From the NCBI GenBank assembly GCA_905178155.1, contig CAJINV010000003.1:3503600-3567599 (forward strand): a DNA stretch of 64,000 bases. The letters are read 5' to 3'. Both the position numbers and the translations under genes were made by a program. The notes beneath the pieces were generated by a model. The model was given only the letters and a program-made list of their open reading frames with translations. It had not been told where the DNA came from and did no database searches. Source of the DNA: Amoebophrya sp. A120 (lineage: Eukaryota; Protista; Dinoflagellata). Positions 20,022 through 32,366 of this stretch are shown piece after piece (position 1 is the stretch's first letter; every line of letters begins with the position of its first letter).

Positions 20022-22712
20022 TCACAAGATTCCTCGCGATTTCAAGAACGGGTCCTGCGACGGCTCGTGCCCGAGGAAGTTTACCAGGTGGTCCGCAATT
20101 TTTCCAGTACCGCCGACCCCGAGCACCTTCTTCCGGTACTCCATCCCGGCTTCCTGATCGAACGGATTTTTCTCGAATTTTGAAGCAAACATGTCCGCGG
20201 ACAGTACTTCGGCCCACAGGTACCCGTAATAGGCTGCGGAGTACTGGTTCATCAGGTGCCCAAAATTTCTGAGCATGTTGCAACTCGCCGGGTTTTTGAT
20301 CAGCGAGATCTCCGGGCGCATCTTGTCGACCAAAGCCTGTAGCTCGTCGGCAGATTGCGGTAGTTGTCCCGCGCCGTGGATGGTGAGGTCCAGAGTGGCC
20401 AGGTAAACCTGCCGCGACATCATCAACCCCTCGGAGACATTTTTGGCCTTCAGAAGCTTCTCGATCAGTGAACTGGGTAGGGTCTCGCTCGTCTCCACGT
20501 GCTTCGAGAGAATCTGCAGCACCTTCTCGTTGAAGCACCAATTCTCCAACATCTGACTGGGCGCCTCGACAAAGTCGCGCGGACACTTCGCCAGCGTGGT
20601 GGCATTCCCGATCCCCTCCGCACACAGACCGTGCATGATATGCCCAAACTCGTGAAAAAAAGTAACCACATCGTCGTGCCGCAGCAGTGCCGGTTTGCCT
20701 GTATCAAGTGGAGGACTCGAAAAGCGGTGCACACAGTACGTGAACGGGTTGAGTATTGAGCGGTTGTAGTTTAGTGCGAACATCACAAATACTTCATTTT
20801 GCAAAGCGTGTTTTAAGGGCGTTCCAAATTTACCTGTTGTCTTGTTTGGCGCGGGCAAGTTGCAGAGCATACAGTCGACAGGTGTTTGCGTCTCCGTGCG
20901 CTTCAAGAGATGGAAGATTGCCGCGTGCCCGTACTTACCCTCGCGCGGATGCAGATCCAAGTAGAAGTGTCCCACTCGCTCCTTTGTACCACCCCGGTCG
21001 TGCACTACGAAGAGCCGCACTTCTTCGTGCCAGGTGTCGAAGTCCTCAAGTTCGGTAAATTGCAAAGACAACAGGTCCTGGTAGATTTGCAGCGTGCCCT
21101 TGATGACGTTGTCGGCGGGAAAATACTGGCGTATCTCCTCGTGATCGACGCCGTATTCAGTTTTTAACAGCAGGCTGTGGTAGAAACTGACATCCCAGGC
21201 TTCCAAATCCGCAGAAGAATCGGTTTCCGGCAGTCCCAGGTGGGTCTTCTTCAACGCCAGCAGCCTCGCGTAGTCGCGCTTTGCCCCGGGAAGTGCCTTT
21301 TCGCGGATTTCGGCCAGGAACTTGTGCACCTTCTCCGGGTTGCCCGACATACGCGTTTGCGTCACCAAGTGCGCCCAACTGGCAAACTCGAGAATCTTTG
21401 CCACTTGCTGCCGATAGTTGATCCCCTCTGCCACCAGGTCCAAATTGTTTCCGTACGCTCTTTCCCTTGCCAGTGTCAGTTTCTTCCGCGTTTCGCCGAC
21501 TTCGCAGTTTTGCAGCACTGGGAGAAGGTCTGGGTACTTCAACGTTAGCGTCACCGTATTATTTTCTTTCGTTCGTTCCTTGATCCACTCGGCATCACAA
21601 CCCTTAAGCTCCTCAGGGGAGAATTCTACGCTGGTCTTGTCCTCCCCGAGATTTTTCTTGTACCGGTTACAGCAATCGACGTCGGCATCGAGCAACTTGG
21701 AGAGCTCCGCCGCGTTCTCCGTGGAGAGCGACAGTCCTGCACGCTCGTACATACCAATGATGGCGTCGACGAAATGCTTGTTGTACACGGACAAGGTTTT
21801 ATACTCCTCAGTCGCAGCATAGGAAACCACCTAGGTGCAGTTGTCAAAGACGCCGTGTACAATACGGATCTTGTCTCAGTTTCCACTTGCTCACCACTCA
21901 CATGATACTTACACGACGCACCTGCAAACGCAAAGGCACATCAAGCAGAGAATTCTCGGCACTTACTTTCTTGCCGAGCGATGTTTTGAGGCCGCGCGCG
22001 CGTAGAAAGCCGCGTGAGGAGACAGGCGCACTGTATCTTCAAAGAGCGAGGAGCCGCGTGGAGGTCGTCAGCGTGCGTGGCGCGCATTGGCTATGTTGCA
22101 GGCTCGCGATCGCGTTAAAGCATGCGCGCGGACGAGGATGAATGCACCGTCGTGTATTTTTTGTGGGCGGCGCTGCGTGTTTTGCGCTGAAACTGTGCTA
22201 CACTCAAAGCCGCCAGAATATCTCGCTCCAGCAGGGTGGTCGCAAGAAGCATCAAAAGCTACCTTCTCGTAGACATCCTTCCGCGTTTTCGTCTTTTTCT
22301 TGCAGTTTGCAAATTCCGTGGCTGCTTTGGAGGCGGCTTCGCGAATCACCGGGTCCGTCGAACAGTGCTGCAAGTGCTTGTTCTGGCACACCAAGGGGTT
22401 GGTCTTGTAGCACGGAAGCTTCATCAGTGGGAGAACTACACTGTTGAAATCCAACGTGCTCGCCGAAACCACGTTTGCCAACGTTTGCTCGGTGTCCGCA
22501 ACAACCGTTTTCGCCGACGCCGCAATCGATTCGGGTGTCCGGGGCCACCGGAATGGCGGATACAAGTCCGCGTCGTAGCGGATTTTCTCGTCGTCGATGA
22601 CGCACTCAACGCAGGCATCGATCGGAGCGTCGCACTTCAGCATGAAGCGAAAGCCTCCCCGCTTTCCGACGCGCTCCTCGCAGCAGGGGCAACCGAGCTG
22701 CTTGGCCGTCAT
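20022..22712 (-). CDS. Peptidase M3A (thimet oligopeptidase/neurolysin-like)
   Basis: FYLDLHPREGKYGHAA, FFHEFGHIMH (HExxH), RDFVEAPSQMLENW and YYGYLWAEVLSADMF. GT-AG introns at 22262-21831 and 20833-20699. Confidence 0.95.
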
Positions 22713-23697
22713 CTTTTTGCGTTTGAAGAAGGTCAACCTTTATCAGTCGAAAAATTTGAATTTCATTTTCAAGTGCACGAATGGAAGTAGAACCGAATAG
22801 AAACTAAGCAAACAGGTGAAAGTAAGCCAAGTTCAAAACTTCGAGCTCGACGTAGAAAACTTTAAAACCTTCATTTATTTCTGTACAACTTCGTGGCCTT
22901 CGCTGAGCCTCTCGTTCTGTTGTTTTTGTCAGTAACTTCACCAACTCTCAGAGGCAAGGGCAACACAGGCCGAAGATAACTAAACTTTAACTTTGGGTTC
23001 TTCAATACGAGAAACAAAGAAAGAGACTGCGGTGGGCAAAGCGAGAAGCTTCATGCGTTGTTGCTTTCTTGCAGCATTCGGTTCCATTCTGCTGTATTGA
23101 TTCTTTCGAAACTCAGGGCACATCCTACGGTGCGTTCAATCGCAATCCATGGTCCTCCTAGAAGATTGTTTTTCACATCACCACGACTCGACATCAGTCC
23201 TTCCTGCTTGCGCAATGCAAAAAGAACTATGCTCGTCGGGGGTCACAAGATAAGTAATAAACCCAAATAAAGAGGGTAGAGGGCGACGTGGCAGACGGCT
23301 CTCACACCATAGATACCTAGAATGTTTTTGTAGCATTGCAGTTCTTGCTGAAGATAAAAAAGGTCAAGGTCTATCAAAGGGATAGGGACTGGGACGCTAA
23401 CGCAAAAAGCTAAAACAGCTTTGCAATTGTGTCTGTGCATCCTGGCGGGCTACCGACTGGAGCTAGACTTGAACCAAATACATCATAAGGCTGCCGCATT
23501 ATAGAAAGAATTGTGACTGCTCACCCCTAAAAGAGATTTGTTTCCTCTCTTTGCCTACCTGTAGCTAGTTGTGGATTGAGATTGACTCGGTGCGTAATAA
23601 AGGCACGGACAGCTAGATCACGGACCGTTTTCAAAATAAAGTGTGCCCGGTTGACTGAATCAACAATCATCGAGCCACATGTAAAAATGTCGATGCG

Positions 23698-26600
23698 TTA
23701 TTCTCCCGTATAACTTTCCCGCACGTTTGTGAGTGCTCTTCCAACCAGTGACGTCCTTCGTTTGCTACCGCGCGGTCTGCTGCCGTTTTCGAAAAATTCG
23801 CCCGCGCCGCCTGCGGGAAGGAGTCGGACTTCCCGTCGGCCCTGTGCATCTTCGAAATCTACCGCGGACCACAAGCCACTCTCCACATGCCACTCAATCA
23901 TCTCCTTGTGCACTTGCTCGGCGAGCTTCACGCAGTCGGCGACGTCGCCAATTAGGTACTCGCGGTGCTGGAAGATGATTTCGGGATCCCCCGGGCTCGG
24001 TGGTGCGCTGACGGGAAAATTCCCCAGTGTCTGCGGGTCCAATATCGGCCCCGCGCCACGCACGGCTATCACGCCCCCTCCATACATGTTTGTGCTTTCG
24101 GCTTGCGAAGCCCACAATTCTTTGTGCTCTGCACCCTTCAACGCAGCGCCGACAATCTGCGACCGGTCGTACATCGAAACAGACCTGTTCAGTTAACGTT
24201 AGGGGGACATCCGTGGCTGCACCGCTGGAACCAGAAGTTAAGAACTGCATCAAAATGAAGGCAACTACATCCTTTCAAATCGCGATTATTCGATTTCATT
24301 TGATCTGTATTTCTTGTAGTTCGAGTTATGTTGTAGTAGTTGTACTTAGCTATGCCTATAGGCGAAAAAAAGGAAAGCAAAAGCAAACTTTACTGGTCGC
24401 TTGTCGTCCCCTTTTTCGCAGCCTCCTTCGCCTTCGCCATCTTCAAGGTCAGGGCAATTGCGCCGGGTACGTTTTTCACGAGCCCTACGAAAGCCCACAG
24501 CTTGCTTTTTAGGGTGGTCTTCTTTCCGAATATCCCGTTTTGAAAACCGCCGAGCAACTTGGGAAAGTCGCAGTTTTGGTCGACAAAGAGGTCCCCGCGC
24601 AGCTTCATGAAATCTGTGCCTTCATGCGGCTGAGGATGCTGCCCGATATTCGTACTAATGCCGGCTTCATCTTCTGCTGCATCTCGCCGAAAAGCCGCCA
24701 GAGTCTCCTCGACGTCGACACCCTCAATGGCCCGCATCACAAACGCCCAGTTTTCCAAAACCAGCATGTCCGGTGCGAGGCCGATCAGTCTCACCTCGCA
24801 CGTGACCGCGTACCGGAGCCGCGCTTTTTCGAGCTCCCCATACAAAGCAGACAGGGGGTCCGCGAGGTCCGCACCTCCTCCGGCCGCGCCGCCTTTACCT
24901 CCACCCAAGCCACGCGCCGCCGCCAAGAGCCGCGCCATCTGCAGTCCGGACCGGGAAATCGCCGAAGACGCCCCCGTGCCGCCCAGCAGCGCTGCGCCCA
25001 GGTTGGAGCCGCTGCTGCGTCTACTGGCCATGGAGTAACTGCTCATGGTCTCCTCGATCTCCGAAATTTCCGACTCCAGCTGGAGAAAATCAGCCGCTGC
25101 GTCGTCGCGCAGCTTTTGCACCACGTCTCGGAGGTTATCCGAGTCCGCGTTTCAGAATTCTCAGGCGCCACCCTTGAGAAACTTCACCACCGCACCAACC
25201 TGCCCGATCTGGTCCCACAAGTTCTGCTTCGAACTTCGCACCGTGACATCCAGCTTCCCAACGAGCGACTGCTCGTCCAATGGGCGGCTTAGGTCGAAAA
25301 GCGGCTTAAGTTTAATGTTTCCGTCTCCCCTTGCTGACCCAGCGGCCGCTACATCGACCGCTTTTCGATATTTTTCTGCTTCACCTGCTTCTTGCGCCTG
25401 TCCCTGCTCTGCGCTGATGTTGCCGTCCTTTTTTCCGCCCTCGGCCGCAGCGACAGAAGGGGTGTACCCTTCCTTAACGCGTACGCCTAGTTTCTCCAGG
25501 TTCGCAACTTTCGTGCGAAGCTCTTCCACGCGCGCCTTCTTTATCAAACCATTGCGGTACTCGTTGCGAAACTGCGCGACGAACACGAGCAAGTAGAACG
25601 CACTGAAGACCGCTAAAATGATCAAAATGGCGATCGCAAACCAGTTGAAGCTTTCGTCGTCCTTGAAGAGGCTCTCGGTCACCGTCTCCAAAGTGACGTC
25701 CTTTCTGGAATCCGCCAGGATGAAGACGTTCGCGAAGATCATCAGACCAAACACCCATACCGCCGTCAGGACGACCGCCTGCGACAGCAGCAACATGGCG
25801 CCTCGCTGCAGTTTTCGTCCCTGCTCGAGGGTTTCGCACTCGGCAACAGAGGTCTTGTACACATCCGCGCCCAAGTAGCCGGCCTGCTGCTTTTCCACGA
25901 GCCGGAGCCCGCGCAACGCCGAAAAGACATCAACCCGTTTTTTCCACTGGAGCCCGTACAGGTTCGCGATGAAGAGCGGCACGTACACCAGGCATTGCGC
26001 CCACCACATGGTGGCCCGAAGCGCGATGAGCAGACCCTCCAAGAAAATGCTCGCACCAATCACCTTCTTGGCGTACTCCTTGCGACGCTCCGCCGCCTCA
26101 GTTCCCATGTTGAACTCAACGTCGTCAAGGTTTTCGTAGCGTCGGCTGCGCCGCAGCTGCGGCCGGTTAGGCCCGGGCAGGCGCGGAATCTTGTTGGCAG
26201 TGGCGGAGGCAGGCGGAGGCCTTTTTGACACCGAAGCTGGCTGGTCGCCGTGGTCATATGGACCCTTTTTCTCTTCGTCCTCATCTTTGCCCAAGACTAT
26301 TTGCACATTCTTGGAAACAGCCGGCGGTGGTGCACTCAGTGCAGCTTCAGTTGTGGGAGGGAGTTCTGCTTGTGACGAGAGCGGCTGCGCATCGCTTTTC
26401 TCCTCCGCACTCTCCTTATTTTCCGCGTTGGCGGCGGGTATGGTTACCGCAAATAAATTTTCTGGATTTGTTCCAGTGTAATCACGTAGCTGTTGGTGCG
26501 ACAGAGAGAGCTGCAGCTGCTGTGGCGCAAAATTCAAATCGTTGTGAACAGCTGGAGCTGGCGTCGGATTGCTGCTCATGTTGTAGGGTGGTGGATAAAA

Positions 26601-27059
26601 TCTACCGCTGCGAGGATCACTGACGCCGGTACTACGTGCGTCTGGATTATAGAAGCCTTGGTCGGCACCTGCCGGCGAGCCCCGCTGCATCATGTAACCC
26701 TGCGCCTTGTTTGGAAAAAAATCCGCGAGTGCTTTTAGCAGCCGCACACGATCTCCGGCAACAACGCCCATCTCGCGTAAATAAGCGTCATCCAGGTACT
26801 GGAGCGTGTCGAAGTCGTCGAAGCGGTGTTTCTGCAGCGGCTTGAACAGTCGCTCGAGATTCCGCTCGCGTAACCATGCCTTCACACGCGCCTGAGTCAC
26901 CTTTCGGTCCGACCCCACCGGCTGCCCGAACGCGTCACGCTCCGGTTCTCCTGCACCCGTTTGCCAAGGTAGACCCCCAGCATCCTGGTACCCGCCGGAT
27001 GCTCCGCCAGCGCGTGAACGCGCGGTTATGCCGTGGATAATGTCCGCGTCAATCGTCAT
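23698..27059 (-). CDS. Sterile-alpha-motif (SAM) domain multi-pass membrane protein
   Basis: VKAWLRERNLERLFKPLQKHRFDDFDTLQYLDDAYLREMGVVAGDRVRLLKAL is a SAM domain, followed by about four TM helices and coiled coil. ORFs 25161-27059 and 24390-25124 share a frame. GT-AG intron 24393-24185 joins the 23698 ORF in frame. Confidence 0.7.
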
Positions 27060-27706
27060 CTCAATATTTGTCGCTCGCTATACACTTTACGTCCGAAATG
27101 TGGTGGCACGGGTACCATCGTTTACTTTTTTGTTATTACCCCCACTAAACAGGTGGTGTTACCGAAATCGAACATCAGGGACTAACATAACTGAAACTGC
27201 ATTGACGGAAGACAAAGACATATAAAAGGGTGAGTGCCCTGTTCCGGGCATCCCTCTGGAATTGGCCTGCAGCATTTGTTAGCATCGAAACGCATACCCT
27301 TGAAAATATTCTTGCCCAAGCGGCTGCGGCCCCTCCTCCGCGTCCTCAGCCTTACACACTAGAATTCCGCTCCGTCGATAAAAAGCTCTCCTTTGTTAAT
27401 AGCTCTTTTATGGTATACCACAGTTTTTGCTCCGGCGCACAAACGCATAGCCGAAGTCATTATCAGAAAGCACAGGCCATTAATTCGAGGTGGCACAAAC
27501 GGAACACAGGAAGCATCGTTTCCGGTCAGTTCTTCTGCACTCACGGAGCGAGTGAAAAGTAGATCACGCGATAGTAATTCGGTCTGGTAGTCGCGCTACC
27601 ATTTCTATATACGATCGTTGGTAGTTAATGCAGTGAATGTGTACACATAGGCTGTTGACACGAGGAATTTCTCATCTCCGAGAGACTCAGCGTCACCAGA
27701 AGAAGG

Positions 27707-28895
27707 TTAGTCCGAATCAGAGAAGAAGTAACTATTGACTTTCACGTCAATCGCACCTCCTCCTCGCCAACTGGCCCGCTTGTTCTTCTGCATTTGCTTG
27801 ACAAAAGCCTTTCCCTTCACGACAGAAAGCTGCGCGAATGCCTTGTCGCCCCATGAGTCCCCCGTGCGATGGAATCCGTTCTGCAAGCGCTCGTCTTTGC
27901 CCTCCAGCGTCTTCGCCCACTTATTCCAGTCCTGTCTTCGGTTCTGTTCGCGGCACTGTTTTGGTTTCATGATGATGATATGTTCTTTGAGTAGGCGGTA
28001 CGAACATGAAGAGCAAGTACATGTGCGCACGTCACAGAATAAAGCTGAGGCAATACGTTCACTATTTAACAGAATAATCCTATAGTCTGCGTGGTTATAT
28101 GTTTGTAGTAGAAGCGTCAAAAAAAAGCGCAAGTACCTCTATTGCATCCGGTTTCGGCTCGTCTTTGCTCTTCTTCTTTTTCGGCAATTCAAATTCCGGC
28201 TTTGGTTGCCATTCGACCTCCTCTTCAGCCCCCGGGATAGCAGCCCTTTTTAGGCCCTTCTGCTCCTCAGTTTTCGCAACTTTCGTTTCTGCCCCGGAAG
28301 CGGCATCCAACTGCTCCAAAAATCCCTCGACGCATGTTCGCAGGCATTTAGGATTTTTAGCAGATGTCTTCTCAACCTTTGCACCACTTATCTGTGCCCC
28401 GAGGAGGTTAGTTAGTCCTTCATGCTTTTGTTTCTTCCACTTTTTGCACGTGATGGGGAAGGACGAACCCTGTGATGGTTCCTGGCCATTGTCGGCGTTA
28501 TTCGCAGTAGTCGCCTCTGCAGAAAGGAAGTTCCAGATCAACTGAAGTACTTCATCAGAATTTGATGTCGCAGGCTCTGCAGCAACTTTTTTCTTTCTAC
28601 TCTTCTTCGCTGTTGCTGCAATAACGGCATCGATAGACACCTCGCTTAGCTCGAGGTCCCACGGCAGATAGATCACGTCGTCTTGAACTGGGGCGGCGCA
28701 TTCTTCCCCGTTAGAAGTAGCCCCGGGAAGGTATCTTGCCTGGACGATACTTGTCGCTTCTTTCATGAACGCCGCAGCTACCTTGTCCAGTTTTTGTTCG
28801 TCGAGCCATCGGCGCACCAAGAGCAAGGTGAGAACCTCCCCCTCAGACGGGTACTGGTCTACTGCCGTCTTACTTATGTCGACGCACGGGGCCAT
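27707..28895 (-). CDS. SRP40: SRP40/Nopp140-like nucleolar protein (LisH + SRP40_C)
   Basis: C-terminus GDSWGDKA...VKGKAFVKQMQKNKRASWRGGGAIDVKVNSYFFSDSD. N-terminal LisH-like LVRRWLDEQKLDKVAAAFMKE. Phase-0 GT-AG intron at 28136-27956. Confidence 0.85.
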
Positions 28896-29570
28896 TTTCT
28901 TCTTTCGCTGTAGAAGAACTACCTAGACACTGGTGCAACGGGCAAGACAAAAATCTAGTGCTAGAACCTACTGAGTCAAGATCGTTCTAGCATGTGCATC
29001 GATCATCGATATCGTACTTGTCTACAACCCAGCGTCGCCCGACAGCCTGTAAAAGCAATTTTGCATGTGAAAGAAACATAAACATGGAAAGAATGAGAAC
29101 CACATCACCATTTGTACGTAAACTTATTTGTGGCACGATTTAAAGGATCGAAAGATCACGACTTTCAAAAGATCCGCAACCACATGCGTCTACTTTTATT
29201 TGATCCATTTTCTTTCAACATGAACATGATCAGGAATCTGTACCTGGAAAACTTCATGAAGGATCTCAAGCTCTTTTGTAACCTGGTAGAAGTAGCCAGA
29301 GCAACACACAATGCTGATCTCCCTGTTGCACTAGAGTTCATACATCAGGATCAGCGTGGCATCCATATGAAGATGAAGATCATGATCTGACAATATTTAT
29401 AGCTAAACCCTAAATTACTATTACGTTATGATTTGCCGAGGAGGCTCCCACCTACAAACGGTCAAGATGGGCGAGAAAAACTGCAGCTACAAATAGCGAA
29501 GCAGAAGTGGAATAGGACACAAATTCGCCGCCCGCTAGCGGCCTTATTTTTCAAGAAACTATAGCTTTTT

Positions 29571-31826
29571 TCACGAGTCTTGAGCAGCATTCGCTTCCAA
29601 GAAACGAAAAATGACTCCGAGCGGGTAGTGGTCTGAGGTGTGCTTTGCGTTGGGAATCAGTTCCTCTGACTGGGGGACGTCTAAAAGGGCTTCTTTGAAC
29701 AATAGTGGCGCTCCTATTCTTCTAGATTTCTTTGCAGCTAGTTCGCCAACATCGTCGCTAACACTAGCATCTGCCTCTGCTGCTGGAACGTGGTAGGCCC
29801 GTGTGGTGTAGAAAACGTAGTCGAGGCAACCTTCGAATCCGGAGACCTTAGTCGTGAGAGTTGGAAAAAACGAGCGTCCGCAGTAGGCGTTGTGCAGGGC
29901 GCCCAGCTGGGTTCGCATCTCCCCGAGAACCGGCTGCGGCTTTTTGCAGTTTTCTTGCGCCGGCGGTTTTCCGAACGAGTCCGGGTGTTCCGGATGAAAG
30001 GGCGGCAAACTTCCCGTTGCCAGTAACTGGAAAGCCCCACTAAAAATGTGCGCAGTCAAATTCTCCACGCTCTCCAGCTCGGGGAGGTCCTCTTTTGTCT
30101 GAAGCTGCGTCTTTTCGGGGGAGGCTTCCGTGGCTTTCGTCTCGGTAGTTCCAGATCGCTCTGGCTGTGAATCATGTAGCTTTTGTGGTCGCTTTGGTGG
30201 CGTGAAAGCTTGTGCTGTTTTCTCGATAGAGAGTTCGTTTCCCACATGCCTCTCGTCTTCGTCACTTTTCCCAACTGGAAGCGGCACCTCGGTGGAAAAT
30301 GGTTTTCGTGCGTCTGTCACGTAGAGCTTAGCCAGCGTCGATTTATCGGAGCGGAGTTTGGCGACTTCGTCCTCGGCGCAAAACTCGGCCTGAAAATTGG
30401 GAATCGTGTTCCAGTCGCCACAAAAGATGAAGCAGACTTTTTCGTCCTTTTCACCGGCGGGTCCACTTATTTCGTTTCCGCTTTTTACTTGCGTTCTTTC
30501 CTGCACCCACGCTTCCGCGTCTGCCGCACACAGATTCACAAAAGTCTCGGCTTGGTACGCCTTGACCTGGGGGTAGCGAGGGTCCCAGAAGAGGTGCGTG
30601 TTGCCGAGTACCAGGTAAAACTTGTCGTTTACCACCAGGCGCATCCACATGCACGACTCTTCTAGTGTCTGGATTCGCTTCTTCGTTTTTCCGGACACCA
30701 CACCGGTCAGCAGAGGTCCACCCTTTTTGCTATTCTTGTCGTGGTCCATCTGAATTTTCAAGCGCTCGCGAAACAGGGTCCCCTTCACCGCTTCGACTTG
30801 AATTCGAAGGTCGGTGCTTTTTCTTTTGGCGTCCGCTGATTTAGAAGTACTATCGACCATGATTGCACTGCGGATAAAAATGGCATTGTCTAGATTTTGC
30901 GGACGCCCGACGGCCCATCTGAGATCCTTGGGCAAGCAGTCGCCGACGTGGTATCCCTTGTATTCCTCTGCCAGCGCAGTCTCGAAGTCATCAAAAAAGT
31001 CGCGCGGACATTCCTGTAAGCAAAGAATGTCTGCGTTCAGTTCACGTATACGGTCGACCGTCCGCAGCAGCCGCGAGGGCCCACTAGTAGATGTGGACCC
31101 CAGGATCGCAGCACCTTTCGCCGTAGTGGTTTTGTCTTCTGTCTCCTCTGACGTCGTTGGTACAGTACCATGATCTGCTTTCTTGGTGGATGCGCTCTTT
31201 GAAGAACCTTGTAGTTGTTCTCCGCCCGTTTTCCAGATGCGAAGGTCCAGGGGGCAGTAGTCGTGTTTGCAAGACAATGCACCCGTGTCTCCATCGGCCA
31301 AGACGTTCCAGGACACCACGCGGAGGCGCGGTGCCGAACTGGAGGACGCGCCAGGAGGACTGGGCGGCAATTTTCCCACCTTGTGCCACATCGGCACAAA
31401 CTTCATCGGCGAGCTGCCGTTCATGCCGTACCGAATCCTCGCAAAAAGCGATCTGACTATCCGCAGGCAAGTGTTCTTCACGCGCAACGTGCAATGCTCG
31501 CCAAATAAATTCCGCACTGCGGGCCTAAGAAGTCGGAGTCCGCAATGTCCCCCTCGGCGTTGCGATACGTTCGCCTTCAGTTCTTGACATGTCTTGAAGA
31601 AATCTGAATAAGAATACGATGACGCAGTATAGAATGAGCGGCGCAGAGGCTGCGGTTTTGGCGAAGGGTAGAATGAAGTACAGAGCCTGTCGAAAAAATG
31701 TTGTCGTATTCGTATTGAGTTCTTCATCGGCACAAGGCAATCTAAGAGGAGCAAAAAACCAATGAAGATCCAAATGAATTTACGAGGGAGGGATGGAATG
31801 CATCGGTGTATAGTGGTGCTGCGCAC
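29571..31826 (-). CDS. CCR4/Angel/PDE12-like endonuclease-exonuclease-phosphatase
   Basis: VVSWNVLAD, DILCLQE, NTHLFWDP, CGDWN, LDYVFY and SDHYPL. The true start is probably downstream of the ORF start. Confidence 0.9.
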   Translation of the reverse strand: MRSTTIHRCIPSLPRKFIWIFIGFLLLLDCLVPMKNSIRIRQHFFDRLCTSFYPSPKPQPLRRSFYTASSYSYSDFFKTCQELKANVSQRRGGHCGLRLLRPAVRNLFGEHCTLRVKNTCLRIVRSLFARIRYGMNGSSPMKFVPMWHKVGKLPPSPPGASSSSAPRLRVVSWNVLADGDTGALSCKHDYCPLDLRIWKTGGEQLQGSSKSASTKKADHGTVPTTSEETEDKTTTAKGAAILGSTSTSGPSRLLRTVDRIRELNADILCLQECPRDFFDDFETALAEEYKGYHVGDCLPKDLRWAVGRPQNLDNAIFIRSAIMVDSTSKSADAKRKSTDLRIQVEAVKGTLFRERLKIQMDHDKNSKKGGPLLTGVVSGKTKKRIQTLEESCMWMRLVVNDKFYLVLGNTHLFWDPRYPQVKAYQAETFVNLCAADAEAWVQERTQVKSGNEISGPAGEKDEKVCFIFCGDWNTIPNFQAEFCAEDEVAKLRSDKSTLAKLYVTDARKPFSTEVPLPVGKSDEDERHVGNELSIEKTAQAFTPPKRPQKLHDSQPERSGTTETKATEASPEKTQLQTKEDLPELESVENLTAHIFSGAFQLLATGSLPPFHPEHPDSFGKPPAQENCKKPQPVLGEMRTQLGALHNAYCGRSFFPTLTTKVSGFEGCLDYVFYTTRAYHVPAAEADASVSDDVGELAAKKSRRIGAPLLFKEALLDVPQSEELIPNAKHTSDHYPLGVIFRFLEANAAQDS

Positions 31827-32366
31827 TACTTAGTATACCAGAGGATCTTTTCCTGCGTTCGACCTGCAATTGCCAGCCTACTGCAATGGACCGGTGTATG
31901 AAAAAGCATTCAAGGATGCGCAGAGTAATCGTTAAGACGATCGTCAATTATTCGCCGGCCACCGGCGCCACAAAGAAAATTTCGAACTGAAACTGAAGAA
32001 TAACTGTGAAGCACTTGGTTCATGCGGTAGTGCTCAATATTGGTTCTTCACTTGAGGAAGCCAAACCCATGCGTCAACAAAAAGAGAGGAAGACGACTGC
32101 GAAAGAACAACGGAGCCTCCCGCTCTGACAGTTGCGCTTGCTCATTCATGAAGATGTGCATCGTTCGTGGCATGAGAAAACAGGCGCGCGGTCGCCCGCT
32201 GATGGTCATCAAATAGCATTCCGGTCGTGAAAAAATTTTTGGACCATGCCTGTGAGAGGGTCGATACGAGCAGGTTTTACACCTGAAAGAGTTCCAGATC
32301 CAGCAGTAGAGCTCACATGTCGCTTTTTGTTCATAGTCGTACTATTACCATAAAATCATTCTGATA

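Noticed and set aside
25152-25163. Selenocysteine or TGA recoding in the SAM gene
   Set aside because: TGA terminates other genes in the window, there is no redox motif or recognisable SECIS, and splicing explains it more simply.
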